The notes: generated by a model from the letters alone, not told the origin. A stretch of 64,000 nucleotides of DNA from Clostridiales bacterium UBA5448 (GCA_002427425.1 DIRA01000014.1:57115-121114), one strand, 5' to 3'; counted from the first letter of the stretch, positions 46,701 through 56,341 are shown. A program made the numbers and translations.

Positions 46701-47864
46701 TTATATTTCGGGGATAATGATTTCAATTTCCTTTTTAAGTTTGGCGGACTTGTTGATACCGTCAATAATCGCCTGGTTGATGATAATTTGATCGGAAGGA
46801 ATGGGAGAAGGCGTTCCGTTTTTGCAAGCGTCCAGGAACACGCGGATCTTCATATCGAACAAGCTTTTCTGTGGAGGCAGCATGGGAATGGTGGTGGTCA
46901 CCCGTTCGCCGCATACATCGTGATAAATGGACATGGGTTTGTCCACGGTACCATGCCAGCATTCGGTGGAGGGGATCCTCAAACCGCCCTTGGTACCCAA
47001 AATGATGGTATCACCGGGCGTATCCATATGCATGGCCCAGGCAATGCGGAAATCCAAAATGATGTCGCCTTCCAACCGGACGAAAGCGGCAGCAAAATCA
47101 TCCACGCCGAAAGCATCGGCATATTCGGGATGGTCTTTGTAATAGTTGGGATCTTTGCCAAAGAAATCAGAGGTATAACCGGAAACGGTTAAGGGCTTGG
47201 GATAGCCGAGGGCGTTGAGAACCATATCCAGAGAATAGCAGCCGATGTCGCCCAGCGCACCGATACAGCCGGTATCTTTGTGGATGAAAGAAGTACCGTA
47301 GGGTACGGGAATACCATGACGGCGGCCACCGCCGGTTTGGATGTAATAAATTTTGCCCAGTTCGCCGGACTGAACAATCTTTTTAATCATCTTCATATTG
47401 TCGTCAAAACGGGGCTGGAATCCGATGGCAAGAACCTTGCCGCTGGCTTTTTCGGCTTTTCTCATAGCCACCGCTTCATCCAAGGTAACGCACATGGGTT
47501 TTTCGCACAACACGTGCAGCCCGGCGTTGAGAGAATCGACGGTGCATTCCGCATGGGTCTTGTTGTAGGTACAAACGGTGACCACATCCAGTTGCAAGGA
47601 TTTGTCGGAGAGCATTTCTTTATGAGAGCCGTAATAGCTCACGCCTTCCACGCCGTGTTGTTCGCAGAATTTCTTTGCTTTGCCGGGAATCAAGTCGGCG
47701 GCTGCCACAATTTCAGCGTCGGACATGGCTTTGAAGCTTCTCATATGGGCACCGGCAATCCAGCCGCATCCGATGAAACCCACACGGATTTTTCTGTTAG
47801 GATCCACGTTGGTTTCTGTCGCTCTTTCATGGAATTGATTCAACAGTTCAGTTTCTTTGTTCAT
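46701..47864 (-). CDS. Gfo/Idh/MocA family NAD(P)-dependent oxidoreductase
   Basis: 387 aa. Contains the Rossmann motif IRVGFIGCGWIAGAHMRSF and the EKP motif VLCEKPM. Confidence 0.85.
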   Translation of the reverse strand: MNKETELLNQFHERATETNVDPNRKIRVGFIGCGWIAGAHMRSFKAMSDAEIVAAADLIPGKAKKFCEQHGVEGVSYYGSHKEMLSDKSLQLDVVTVCTYNKTHAECTVDSLNAGLHVLCEKPMCVTLDEAVAMRKAEKASGKVLAIGFQPRFDDNMKMIKKIVQSGELGKIYYIQTGGGRRHGIPVPYGTSFIHKDTGCIGALGDIGCYSLDMVLNALGYPKPLTVSGYTSDFFGKDPNYYKDHPEYADAFGVDDFAAAFVRLEGDIILDFRIAWAMHMDTPGDTIILGTKGGLRIPSTECWHGTVDKPMSIYHDVCGERVTTTIPMLPPQKSLFDMKIRVFLDACKNGTPSPIPSDQIIINQAIIDGINKSAKLKKEIEIIIPEI

Positions 47865-47880
47865 GGTGATATCCTCCTTG

Positions 47881-48702
47881 TTAATATGTGATTTGCTTTA
47901 AATAATCAATGCTGGCTTTGGCACAGGATAAAGCATCCATGCCTTCGGTGGGATTATCTTGTTCGACGATGATCCAGCCGGCGTTGGCATCAACGCAAGC
48001 CTTGAGAATGGAAGGAACATCCTGTATACCGGCACCTACCGAGCGAAAAGCAAAATGTTTCACGTTGTCCCGGGGATTCGCTTTGGACTGTATGCCGATC
48101 AGCTCGTACATGTTTTCGCTCTTTTCGCCCACATAATCTTTGATATGAACCACGGGAGCGCGGCCGGTATATTTTTTCAGGTATGCCACCGGATCTTCTC
48201 CCCCCACCCGCACCCAGCAGGTATCCAGTTCGGTTTGCAAGAGAGAGGCGGGTATGGCATCATACAGCATATCCAGCGCGTATTGACCATCGATTTTTAC
48301 AAACTCAAAATCATGGTTATGGTATAACAACATCAATCCGGAAGAGGCGACGGCTTCGCCGACCTGTCGGATTTGGCGGATGGTTTCTTCAAAATCCCCG
48401 CCGTTGGGGCGTCGTTGGGGGGGCAGATAGGGCACGACAGCGTATTGAACACCCAATTGTTTCAATTCTTTGAGAACACCGGTGGTGTCGGCGAGAAAAT
48501 CTGCCAAAGGAACATGAGCGGACAGGGCAGTCAAACCGAGGGACCCCAACGCTTTTTTCACTTTTTCAGGATTCTCTCCCATCAGCCCGGCAAACTCCAC
48601 GCCATCATATCCCATGGCTTTGACTTGTTCTAATACGCCGTAAAAATCCTGCTTCAATTCTGTGCGAACGGAGTATAGTTGCAACGCAACGGGTAAGGAC
48701 AT
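47881..48702 (-). CDS. sugar phosphate isomerase/epimerase (xylose isomerase-like TIM barrel)
   Basis: 273 aa. Contains YDGVEFAG, LLYHNHDFEF and VVHIKDY. Confidence 0.75.
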   Translation of the reverse strand: MSLPVALQLYSVRTELKQDFYGVLEQVKAMGYDGVEFAGLMGENPEKVKKALGSLGLTALSAHVPLADFLADTTGVLKELKQLGVQYAVVPYLPPQRRPNGGDFEETIRQIRQVGEAVASSGLMLLYHNHDFEFVKIDGQYALDMLYDAIPASLLQTELDTCWVRVGGEDPVAYLKKYTGRAPVVHIKDYVGEKSENMYELIGIQSKANPRDNVKHFAFRSVGAGIQDVPSILKACVDANAGWIIVEQDNPTEGMDALSCAKASIDYLKQITY

Positions 48703-48817
48703 AAAAGCGCCTCCTTATTTTTACCGACTACTTGTATCATAAGTCATTATATGCTATAATTCAAGACAAAGATGGTTGATTTTAAGACAAATATTGCACA
48801 AATCGCAAGGAGGTATT

Positions 48818-49627
48818 ATGTATCCTTATTACGAATTGCGCCAAGTTCCTTTTGATTGTCAAAAGAGAAGGACCCGGTTATCCTGCGCCTCCCATTTGCA
48901 CGATCAAGTGGAGATGGTATACATCACGGAAGGAAAGGTCCAAGTGACGGTGGATACCAAGCCATATACCCTGGAACCCGGAGATGTTTGCATTGCGTTT
49001 CCCAATCAAGTACACTCTTATGTGGACGTACAGGCAAACCAAGCGGACATTTATATCTTTGCGCCCCAATTTACCATACTGGCAGACACCTTTTTACATT
49101 TTCGGCCCCGCAGTCCCGTGGTACGCCAAGGGGTCAAAGCGGAAGAACGGGTGTTGCTTTCCATGATTTTTGAAAAGAATGAAAGCGAGGAACCCTTTGC
49201 GGAAGAAATGGTTAAGGGATGCTTATCGGCATTTTTAGCCAGGCTCCTTTCTTCCATGGTGCTGGAAGAAACCAAGCCCAACGACATGTCTGCTTTAAAA
49301 AACATATTGGCATACTGCAACCGCTACTATAAAGAGCCTTTGACCCTGGAAATACTGTCCCAAGAGCTGCATGTGAGCAAATACTATATTTCACACTTGT
49401 TCAGTGACAAGCTACACATTTCTTTCCGCGGCTACATCAATTCTTTGCGGATCTTCGATGCATGCCGCAGGATGGATAGAGGGCAGGACAATGTAACCGA
49501 AATTGCAGCGCAGGTAGGATTTGACACCTTGCGCACCTTCAACCGGGTGTTTTATCGCTACAGAAACACCACGCCCAGTGCCTATATCAAAGGAATCTGC
49601 TCTAAAGACGAAGGAGAAAAGCAATGA
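48818..49627 (+). CDS. AraC family transcriptional regulator
   Basis: I place the start at MYPYYELRQ (ATG at 48818), with AAGGAGG upstream. It has an N-terminal cupin and the C-terminal HTH ..LTLEILSQELHVSKYYISHLF..IAAQVGFDTLRTFNRVFYRYRNTTPSAY. Confidence 0.85.
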   Translation: MYPYYELRQVPFDCQKRRTRLSCASHLHDQVEMVYITEGKVQVTVDTKPYTLEPGDVCIAFPNQVHSYVDVQANQADIYIFAPQFTILADTFLHFRPRSPVVRQGVKAEERVLLSMIFEKNESEEPFAEEMVKGCLSAFLARLLSSMVLEETKPNDMSALKNILAYCNRYYKEPLTLEILSQELHVSKYYISHLFSDKLHISFRGYINSLRIFDACRRMDRGQDNVTEIAAQVGFDTLRTFNRVFYRYRNTTPSAYIKGICSKDEGEKQ

Positions 49628-50538
49628 ATCGGCCTGTGTTTGACGCCCATTGCGACACATTGGGCTTGCTTTCGGACGGAATTGACTTAAACAGCCAACA
49701 GACAGAAGTCACCCTGTCGGGTGTCCGTCAATACCCAAAATGGACACAGGTGTTTGCCATCTGGCTGGAGGCGGAAGCCATGGACATCGATAAGCAATAT
49801 AGGGCATTATACGAGCGATACATACAAAAGACCACAGAATTTCATTCCGTGTTGACCAAACGGGATTTACAGGCGACATCCCCTCTCAAAAGCATTTTGG
49901 GCGTGGAAGGCGGGGACATCCTCAAAGGCGACATATCCCGCCTGCAAACGTTGTTTGACCAAGGGGTGCGGTTGATGACCCTGACCTGGAACACTCCCAA
50001 CGAGCTCGGGGACACAAACAAGACAGTCCGATCGCCCTCGGGGCTTTCCCCCTTTGGAAAAGAAGTGGTGCGCCACATGAACCGACTGGGCATGGCGGTG
50101 GACGTATCCCACCTATCCGACCGGGGATTTTGGGACACCATTCGGGTGACAACCAAACCGGTGTTGGCGTCTCATTCCAATGCGCGCGGTGTGTGCCAAC
50201 ATCCCCGCAATGTAACGGATGCGATGTTTTTGGCAATCAAACGAACAGGGGGCGGGGTAGGAATCAATTTGTACCCGCCTTTTTTGGGAGAAGCCGCCGA
50301 TATACAGACTGCAATTGCCCATATTTTGCATTTCCTTTCTCTGGGCGGAGAAGATCATGTGGGGCTGGGCATGGATTTGGACGGTACCGGAGGACGGCTA
50401 CCCGGGGGATTTTCCACCTGCAAAGATACAAAGGCTTTGTTTGATGCTTTGCAACAGGCAGGGGTCTCGGAAGAAATCATTACGAAAATCGCCTATACCA
50501 ATATGGAGCGAATGTTTGCGAAAATATTGCCGGCATAA
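49624..50538 (+). CDS. membrane (renal-type) dipeptidase, peptidase M19
   Basis: 304 aa. Contains FDAHCDT, LGVEGG, LTWN, VDVSHLS and ASHSNAR. ATGA overlap with the AraC gene. Confidence 0.85.
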   Translation: MNRPVFDAHCDTLGLLSDGIDLNSQQTEVTLSGVRQYPKWTQVFAIWLEAEAMDIDKQYRALYERYIQKTTEFHSVLTKRDLQATSPLKSILGVEGGDILKGDISRLQTLFDQGVRLMTLTWNTPNELGDTNKTVRSPSGLSPFGKEVVRHMNRLGMAVDVSHLSDRGFWDTIRVTTKPVLASHSNARGVCQHPRNVTDAMFLAIKRTGGGVGINLYPPFLGEAADIQTAIAHILHFLSLGGEDHVGLGMDLDGTGGRLPGGFSTCKDTKALFDALQQAGVSEEIITKIAYTNMERMFAKILPA

Positions 50539-50567
50539 AAGCCGCTTGAGAATTTCAAGCGGCTTTT
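50538..50567. terminator. terminator after the dipeptidase gene
   Basis: 12-bp stem AAAGCCGCTTGA / TCAAGCGGCTTT with a 5-nt loop. The T-run is part of the 3-prime arm. Confidence 0.7.
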
Positions 50568-50573
50568 ACGATA

Positions 50574-50738
50574 TCAACGGTATTGGGGAAAGCGTTTTTG
50601 CGCCACGACCCAGGCAACGGAGATGGACAGGAGTACCATTCCTCCCAACACACACAAAATGATACCATGGGAGGGCATGACTGGAAATAGTTCATAAAAA
50701 GTTTTCAGTGAATCGGTTTGATATGTCTGCACATCCAT
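50574..50738 (-). CDS. possible 54-aa single-TM small protein (below the ORF-track size cut-off)
   Basis: Minus strand reads ATG..MDVQTYQTDSLKTFYELFPVMPSHGIILCVLGGMVLLSISVAWVVAQKRFPQYR*. There is one clear TM helix. No recognisable RBS is present. It lies between two terminators. Confidence 0.25.
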   Translation of the reverse strand: MDVQTYQTDSLKTFYELFPVMPSHGIILCVLGGMVLLSISVAWVVAQKRFPQYR

Positions 50739-50846
50739 GCCGAATCCCAGCAAAGTTCCTGTTTGGGCAGAACCGGCCAGAAGGCCCCCCTTGTTTTATG
50801 AATCATCATGAGCATTTTATCACAAAGTTTGGATTCTGTACATAGT

Positions 50847-50880
50847 AAAAAACCATCACAGCCTTTTTCAGCTGTGATGG
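50847..50880 (-). terminator. rho-independent terminator of the P-type ATPase gene
   Basis: Minus strand reads CCATCACAGC-8 nt-GCTGTGATGG followed by TTTTTT. Confidence 0.8.
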
Positions 50881-50885
50881 AAAAA

Positions 50886-53501
50886 TCAATATAAATTGTT
50901 CCGTTTTATTTTGGTAAATATGATTTTAACCAGCAAGGACACGGGAAACACCGTAACGGCAAGCAGGAGCGTGAGAAAAAAATCATGTGTACGCAAGGGG
51001 GTTGTACGGAACAAACTGCCGCCGCAATACAACAAGGTGATCTGCACGACGGTGATGCCGGTCATGATGATCATGAAGGCGGTATTTTCCCCCAATCCCG
51101 CAAACAAATTTTTCCGGGAGGTTCGCACATTGTAGCAGTTGAAAATCCCCAGGAAAATAAAGAGAGAAAAAAAGGCGGTCAAGCAGTAGATGGGATTGGA
51201 ATTGTATAAAAACCGTTCTTTCGCCCAGGGGCAAAGGAAAAAGGCCAGACTCAGGCCGATGATATAGGTGCCCATGGCCAAAATTTGCGTCACCATATAG
51301 CCGTTAAGAATATTTTCGCTTCGTTTTTTCGGCGGTTCTTTCATGTAATCCTGCAAAGGAAATTCGCCGGCAAAAGCGAGACTGCCCAAGGTATCCATGA
51401 TCATATTGATCCAGAGCATTTGCAGCACGGTTACCGGGGTTTCCACCCCGATGAAAGGACAAATAATCAGAATCCCCACGGCAGACAGATTCATGGTCAA
51501 CTGGAACACGATGAATTTGCGGATGCTTTTAAAAATGGTACGGCCGTATTTCACCGCCTTTGCCACCGAGGTTAAACTGTCGTCCACAATGACGATATCT
51601 CCGGCTTCTTTGGCAATTTCGGTGCCGCTGCCCATAGAAAATCCCACATCGGCAATTTTTAAGGCCGGGGCATCGTTGATACCGTCCCCCGTCATCCCCG
51701 CCACCAATCCCCCTTGCCGCGCCAGACGCAAGAGGCGGCTTTTATCCGAGGGCAAGGCTCTTGCCACCACCCGCAGGCGAGGCAGGAGCTTGAGAACTGC
51801 CCCGTCGGGCATATCGGCCAGCTCGGCGGACGTCAGCACCACATCGGTTTCTTTTTGGAGGATGCGGCACTCTTTGGCGATAGAAACCGCCGTATCCCGG
51901 TTATCTCCCGTGATCATCACCACTTGCACCCCGGCTCCCGTTAAACTGCCCACCGCTTCTTTGGCATCGGGGCGCAGAGTGTCACGCAAAAGAACAAAGC
52001 ATAAAAAAATCAAATTGGCATCGTATGATCTCGGTCGTTCGGAAATGGCAAGAGCCAGTACCCTTCCCCCTTGGGAGGTGTCTTTTTGAAGGAGGGATGT
52101 CAACCATTTCCGATTGACGCGGACAATGTTTCCCTGGGCATCGAATTGCCGGGTGGCACGGGAAAGGATGACTTCGGGCGCGCCTTTGATGTATCCCAGC
52201 TTTGAATCCGAACAGGCGGAATATTTCTTTATGCTGTCAAAGGGAACATAATCGGTGCGCTTCCCCCCGTGCTTTCCCGCTGCTTCCAGCAAGGTGCGGT
52301 CGGTTGCGTTTCCCCCGATGGCTTTCCTTCCCGATAAAACGGCGGCGTTATTCAGGCTCAAGGAAGACAAGACAAGGGGGGCGAGAGGACTGTTTTTCAT
52401 AGCGGCAAGCGTATGTTCGCTGCCATCGGACAGCAATATTTTTTCCAAAGACAATTTTCCCTGGGTCAAGGTACCGGTTTTATCGGTGAACAAGAGATTC
52501 AGACTCCCCGCGGTTTCAATGCCTACGGGTTTGCGGACCAGAACAAGGTCCTTTTGCATCCGCTTGATGTTGGCGGACAGCACCACGCTGATCATCATGG
52601 GCAGCCCTTCGGGAACCGCCACCACGATGACGGTGGTGGCCAAGGTGATGGCATGGATCAGCTCTCCGAACACAAAGGACGGGGAGGAGAGCTTAACCAA
52701 CATACCTGCATAGGTCATGCCGCCTTCGATACAAATGCTGTTGAATAAGTATGCAAACGCCACCAGAGCCGCCATGCCGTAACCGATTTTGCTCATTTGC
52801 TTGGCAAGCTTGGTTAAACGGGCTTTCAGAGGGCTTTCGGCATCTTCCTCCTGAATTTCTTCCGAAAGCTGGCCGTATAGGGTTCTGATTCCCACCCGCA
52901 GAACCGCCATTTGCCCGCTGCCTTCGGCTACAATACTGCCACGAAACAAAAGAGTGGGATCGGCGGGAGACCAGATGGGGGGCTCTTGATTGAAGCGGGG
53001 AGTTTTTTTACTTTCCTTGCTTTCGCCGTTCAAGGCGGATTGATCTACGGAAAGGGTTCCCGCCAGCAAATAACCGTCGGCGGGGACTCTTTCCCCAGCT
53101 TCCAGAAGGACAATATCCCCGGCGACAATGTCTCCGATGGGAAGAGAAACCACTTGACCGTCCCGGAGAACGCGGCAGAAAATCGCGGCGATTTCCTCCT
53201 GTAATTTGTCAAAGGCGAGCTCGCTTCCCCGCTCCGACAGGGCGGAAACGGTGGTGGCAAGCAAAATGGAGACCACGATACCCAGGGTTTCCAAAATATC
53301 AAATGAGCGGAACAAAAAAACAAAATTGATCCCAAGGGCTGCCAATAAAATGCGGATGATGGGGTCTTTAAAAGCGGTCAGAAATTTTTTGAAGGTGCTG
53401 GTTCTTTTCCGCTTATTCAAAAGATTGCTACCATGCTTTTTTCGAGATGTCTCCGCTTCCCTGCCGGACAGCCCTTTGGGGAAAACGTGTATATTTTGCA
53501 A
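50886..53501 (-). CDS. P-type (P2) calcium-translocating ATPase
   Basis: 871 aa. Contains DKTGTLT, TGDN, GDGINDAPAL and 10 TM segments. It has a TTG start codon, with AAGGAGG 8 nt upstream. Confidence 0.88.
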   Translation of the reverse strand: MQNIHVFPKGLSGREAETSRKKHGSNLLNKRKRTSTFKKFLTAFKDPIIRILLAALGINFVFLFRSFDILETLGIVVSILLATTVSALSERGSELAFDKLQEEIAAIFCRVLRDGQVVSLPIGDIVAGDIVLLEAGERVPADGYLLAGTLSVDQSALNGESKESKKTPRFNQEPPIWSPADPTLLFRGSIVAEGSGQMAVLRVGIRTLYGQLSEEIQEEDAESPLKARLTKLAKQMSKIGYGMAALVAFAYLFNSICIEGGMTYAGMLVKLSSPSFVFGELIHAITLATTVIVVAVPEGLPMMISVVLSANIKRMQKDLVLVRKPVGIETAGSLNLLFTDKTGTLTQGKLSLEKILLSDGSEHTLAAMKNSPLAPLVLSSLSLNNAAVLSGRKAIGGNATDRTLLEAAGKHGGKRTDYVPFDSIKKYSACSDSKLGYIKGAPEVILSRATRQFDAQGNIVRVNRKWLTSLLQKDTSQGGRVLALAISERPRSYDANLIFLCFVLLRDTLRPDAKEAVGSLTGAGVQVVMITGDNRDTAVSIAKECRILQKETDVVLTSAELADMPDGAVLKLLPRLRVVARALPSDKSRLLRLARQGGLVAGMTGDGINDAPALKIADVGFSMGSGTEIAKEAGDIVIVDDSLTSVAKAVKYGRTIFKSIRKFIVFQLTMNLSAVGILIICPFIGVETPVTVLQMLWINMIMDTLGSLAFAGEFPLQDYMKEPPKKRSENILNGYMVTQILAMGTYIIGLSLAFFLCPWAKERFLYNSNPIYCLTAFFSLFIFLGIFNCYNVRTSRKNLFAGLGENTAFMIIMTGITVVQITLLYCGGSLFRTTPLRTHDFFLTLLLAVTVFPVSLLVKIIFTKIKRNNLY

Positions 53502-53568
53502 GTCCGGGGCCTCCTTTTTGTTTTTGTAGAGTATATGAAAAGGAGGGGCGGGTTTATGATAGTTTTCC

Positions 53569-53597
53569 TTGACACCCGAAAACGGCTGTGGTAAACT
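53569..53597 (+). promoter_or_regulatory. sigma-A promoter for the 53616 operon
   Basis: TTGACA (53569-53574), 17 nt, TGG-TAAACT (TAAACT at 53592-53597). Confidence 0.6.
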
Positions 53598-53615
53598 CTT
53601 CCTGAGGTGATTAAA

Positions 53616-54860
53616 ATGGATTTTAAGACAATGACCCGTAAATTAAAAGTAACAACCTACCCTGACATTTTTCCCGTTTGGTTTGATGAAATGAAAGGGG
53701 ACGGCAGTTTGACGTCCCCTGTGCTTGTCAGCAAAAAATATTTGGAAAAAGTCCAGAAAACCTGGCACATATTTGATGAAACCAATTGGGCCTTTGTACA
53801 AAACAGCGCGGCCGCCATCCGAAAATCCTCCTATGCCCGCGCCTATATCAATTTAATGTTCCGTTTCATCAAAGACCGGGCATTATTCCGGGAAGTGCAG
53901 CGGGAAAAAAAGTTACCGTATCCCCGATATACCACCCCCGAACCTCTGTTGGATTCTGTACTGATCTTTCCCCTAATTCCGCTGATCATCGCGGTTATGG
54001 AAGACTGGAAAGTGCGCAAAGTCCCGGAGAAGGTCATCATGGACACGGTAAAAAGCATGGACACTTCCTTATATATCAACCTGATTCGTTATGATCGGGT
54101 TTTTATGAACGAACATTATTTCAATTGGCTCCAGCATGCCATTGACGGAGACATTCTCTTTGTCAACCGGCTGGAGTTTGAATTTCGTCCCTTTTATGCC
54201 CCCTGCATCGTACTGACCAAAAAAGGCAGCTTGGAAACGGTGGTTCTTGCCGACGGGGCAAAAATTCACCGGAATGGATTTATTTTGGGCAGCAAGGGGT
54301 GTGAAGATGCCGAAGGCTCCGTGGAGGGTATTTTTGAGGAAACACCGGAAGGTTTTTTCGGCTATCCCACCAATGCCGGAGGTCGATTTGAACGGGAAAA
54401 ACAATTTTATTCCAAAGAGGAATGGGAAATTTCCGTCAGAAAGCAAGACCCGATATTGTTGGTACATATTCCTCGCCGAGGCAGCTTAAAAGCGGAATTT
54501 TGCCGGGAAAGTTACCGCAATGTGTTGGAGTTTGTACCCCGTTGTTTTCCTGCCACCCATATCAAAGCCATTGTGTGCCACAGTTGGATGATGTCGGGGC
54601 AAATGGATGAAGTGGTGGAAGCACCCTCCAACCTGCTGGATTTCCAAAACAATTACACGTTGTATCCATTGTCATCCCAAGGAACAGCGATTTTCTCCTT
54701 TGTATTCCATCGTCCCGTAGAAAATCACGCCGATCTGCCGGAAAACACCCGGTTGGAAAAAGCCATGAAGGAAAGAACCCTTGCCGGTATCCCCTTCTAT
54801 GAAGGTGGAGGCGTATCGGTGGTGAAGAACGGTACGTGTTCGTTGGTAGAAGGAGATTGA
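53616..54860 (+). CDS. hypothetical cytoplasmic protein, family not recognised (possibly an acyltransferase-type fold)
   Basis: I place the start at MDFKTMTRKL (ATG at 53616), with GAGGTGA 5 nt upstream. 414 aa, no TM helices, no motif I can name. Confidence 0.6.
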   Translation: MDFKTMTRKLKVTTYPDIFPVWFDEMKGDGSLTSPVLVSKKYLEKVQKTWHIFDETNWAFVQNSAAAIRKSSYARAYINLMFRFIKDRALFREVQREKKLPYPRYTTPEPLLDSVLIFPLIPLIIAVMEDWKVRKVPEKVIMDTVKSMDTSLYINLIRYDRVFMNEHYFNWLQHAIDGDILFVNRLEFEFRPFYAPCIVLTKKGSLETVVLADGAKIHRNGFILGSKGCEDAEGSVEGIFEETPEGFFGYPTNAGGRFEREKQFYSKEEWEISVRKQDPILLVHIPRRGSLKAEFCRESYRNVLEFVPRCFPATHIKAIVCHSWMMSGQMDEVVEAPSNLLDFQNNYTLYPLSSQGTAIFSFVFHRPVENHADLPENTRLEKAMKERTLAGIPFYEGGGVSVVKNGTCSLVEGD

Positions 54861-54861
54861 C

Positions 54862-55635
54862 ATGAGAAAAGTGACAAAAGAGCAGATACAAACGTCCCTG
54901 AAACTGATGGGAATTGAAAAGGGCGATGTGATTTTCATGCATTCTGCCTTATCCGCTCCCGGTATAGTGGAAGGCGGAGCGGATGGGGTGATAGATGCCT
55001 TTTTGGATGTGATCGGGGATGAAGGCACCCTGGCGGTGTCTACCCTAGCATTCGGCGCCCCTTTCGATGCCGACACCACTCCCTCTGCCGTCGGTCTGAT
55101 TTCCGAAACCCTCCGAAAAAGAAAAGGCGCCATACGCAGTTTGCGCCCGGTACACGCCATTGCCGCCCTGGGCAAACGGGCAAAAGAACTCACCGAAGGG
55201 CATGAACATTGCAGCAGCAATTGCGGAGAGGGCTCTCCTTATCGCAAACTCATCGACATGAACGGTAAAATCATTCTGTTTGGCGTGGACATGAACCGCA
55301 ATACCACCCTGCACGCCATTGAAGATTGGATGGACGCATCTTTTTTGGAGGACTACACCATCATGATGCCGACTTATATGCCCGATTATCAGGGAAAAAC
55401 CATGGTATTGAAAAAATACCCCCCAGGCCATCGGGATTTTCTCCGTTTTACCCCGGTTCTAAGGAAAGAAGGGGCGTTGATCGAAGGGCGCGTGGGTCTG
55501 GCAAAAGTATTGTGCATCGACGTAAAAAAAATGTATGAGCTGGGTATCCGGGAAATGAAAAGAGATCCCTTTTTTTTCCTGTGTGAAAACCCCGCATGCA
55601 AATTCTGTGCAAAAAAGAGAAAGGCGGTGCAGTGA
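54862..55635 (+). CDS. AAC(3)-family (YokD-like) aminoglycoside/aminosugar N-acetyltransferase
   Basis: 257 aa. Contains GDVIFMHSALSAPGIVEGGADGVIDAFLDVIGDEGTLAVSTLAF and NRNTTLHAIED, typical of the Antibiotic_NAT family. The start lies 1 nt after the upstream stop. Confidence 0.7.
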   Translation: MRKVTKEQIQTSLKLMGIEKGDVIFMHSALSAPGIVEGGADGVIDAFLDVIGDEGTLAVSTLAFGAPFDADTTPSAVGLISETLRKRKGAIRSLRPVHAIAALGKRAKELTEGHEHCSSNCGEGSPYRKLIDMNGKIILFGVDMNRNTTLHAIEDWMDASFLEDYTIMMPTYMPDYQGKTMVLKKYPPGHRDFLRFTPVLRKEGALIEGRVGLAKVLCIDVKKMYELGIREMKRDPFFFLCENPACKFCAKKRKAVQ

Positions 55636-56339
55636 TGTATCATTTCAGCATCCGTCAAAACAATCTGGAACCCAATGCCTTTGGTCTGGACAATATTGAA
55701 CTGAAGGACGGGGTATTCGGCAAACCTTTGTATGAACTGACCGGAGCGGAAATCGAAGACATTCGCAACCGGCTCATTCTGGAGCGCAAACGGATCGTGC
55801 TGTATACCGTGGCCGTTCCTTATGATCGGATTGAACTTTACCGGGAGGTTTTCCGTAAAGCCATGCTGCTGCGCATAGAGCATATTAAAATTTGTTTATG
55901 CACCCTGGCGGACACGGGGGAAGAAACCATACAAAATCTTCGCGCGGTTTTGAGCCATGCCGAAGCATGCGGCATCCCCATTTTGTTTGAACCCAGAGAA
56001 AAACATCCCTTGTTTACGTATGAATGGTATGGAAAAATTCGGACAGAATGGACAGGCATTGTATTTGATCCTTTGGAATATGTGAAGAAAAAGGAAAATC
56101 CCTTTCTGAAAGTGTTGTACAAAAACAAATACCGCCACGATGTGAAGGTTCTTCGCATCCATGACGGTTTATATGAGGGAGGCGTCCCCACTTTGCCGGA
56201 AAGGGGCAACGGGGAAATCAAGGAATGCACCTCAGCACTGCTGGCATTTGGCTTTGACGGATATTTTTCCCTGCGGGAATACGGCGTGGATTTGCAGGAA
56301 GCCTACAGAGCGTTTTTGCACATGCTGACCCAAATGTAA
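55635..56339 (+). CDS. xylose isomerase-like TIM-barrel protein (divergent)
   Basis: I place the start at MYHFSIRQNN (ATG at 55635), which shares 1 nt with the upstream TGA. Contains IPILFEPRE and VLRIHDG, which resemble the barrel family. Confidence 0.5.
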   Translation: MYHFSIRQNNLEPNAFGLDNIELKDGVFGKPLYELTGAEIEDIRNRLILERKRIVLYTVAVPYDRIELYREVFRKAMLLRIEHIKICLCTLADTGEETIQNLRAVLSHAEACGIPILFEPREKHPLFTYEWYGKIRTEWTGIVFDPLEYVKKKENPFLKVLYKNKYRHDVKVLRIHDGLYEGGVPTLPERGNGEIKECTSALLAFGFDGYFSLREYGVDLQEAYRAFLHMLTQM

Positions 56340-56341
56340 TC

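Noticed and set aside
50640-50700. An MPSHG + hydrophobic helix + KR tail in the small ORF, considered as a degenerate LPXTG sortase signal.
   Set aside because: MPSHG departs from LPXTG at the critical Leu and Thr positions, and no sortase gene is nearby. I kept it only as a possible small-TM ORF or remnant.
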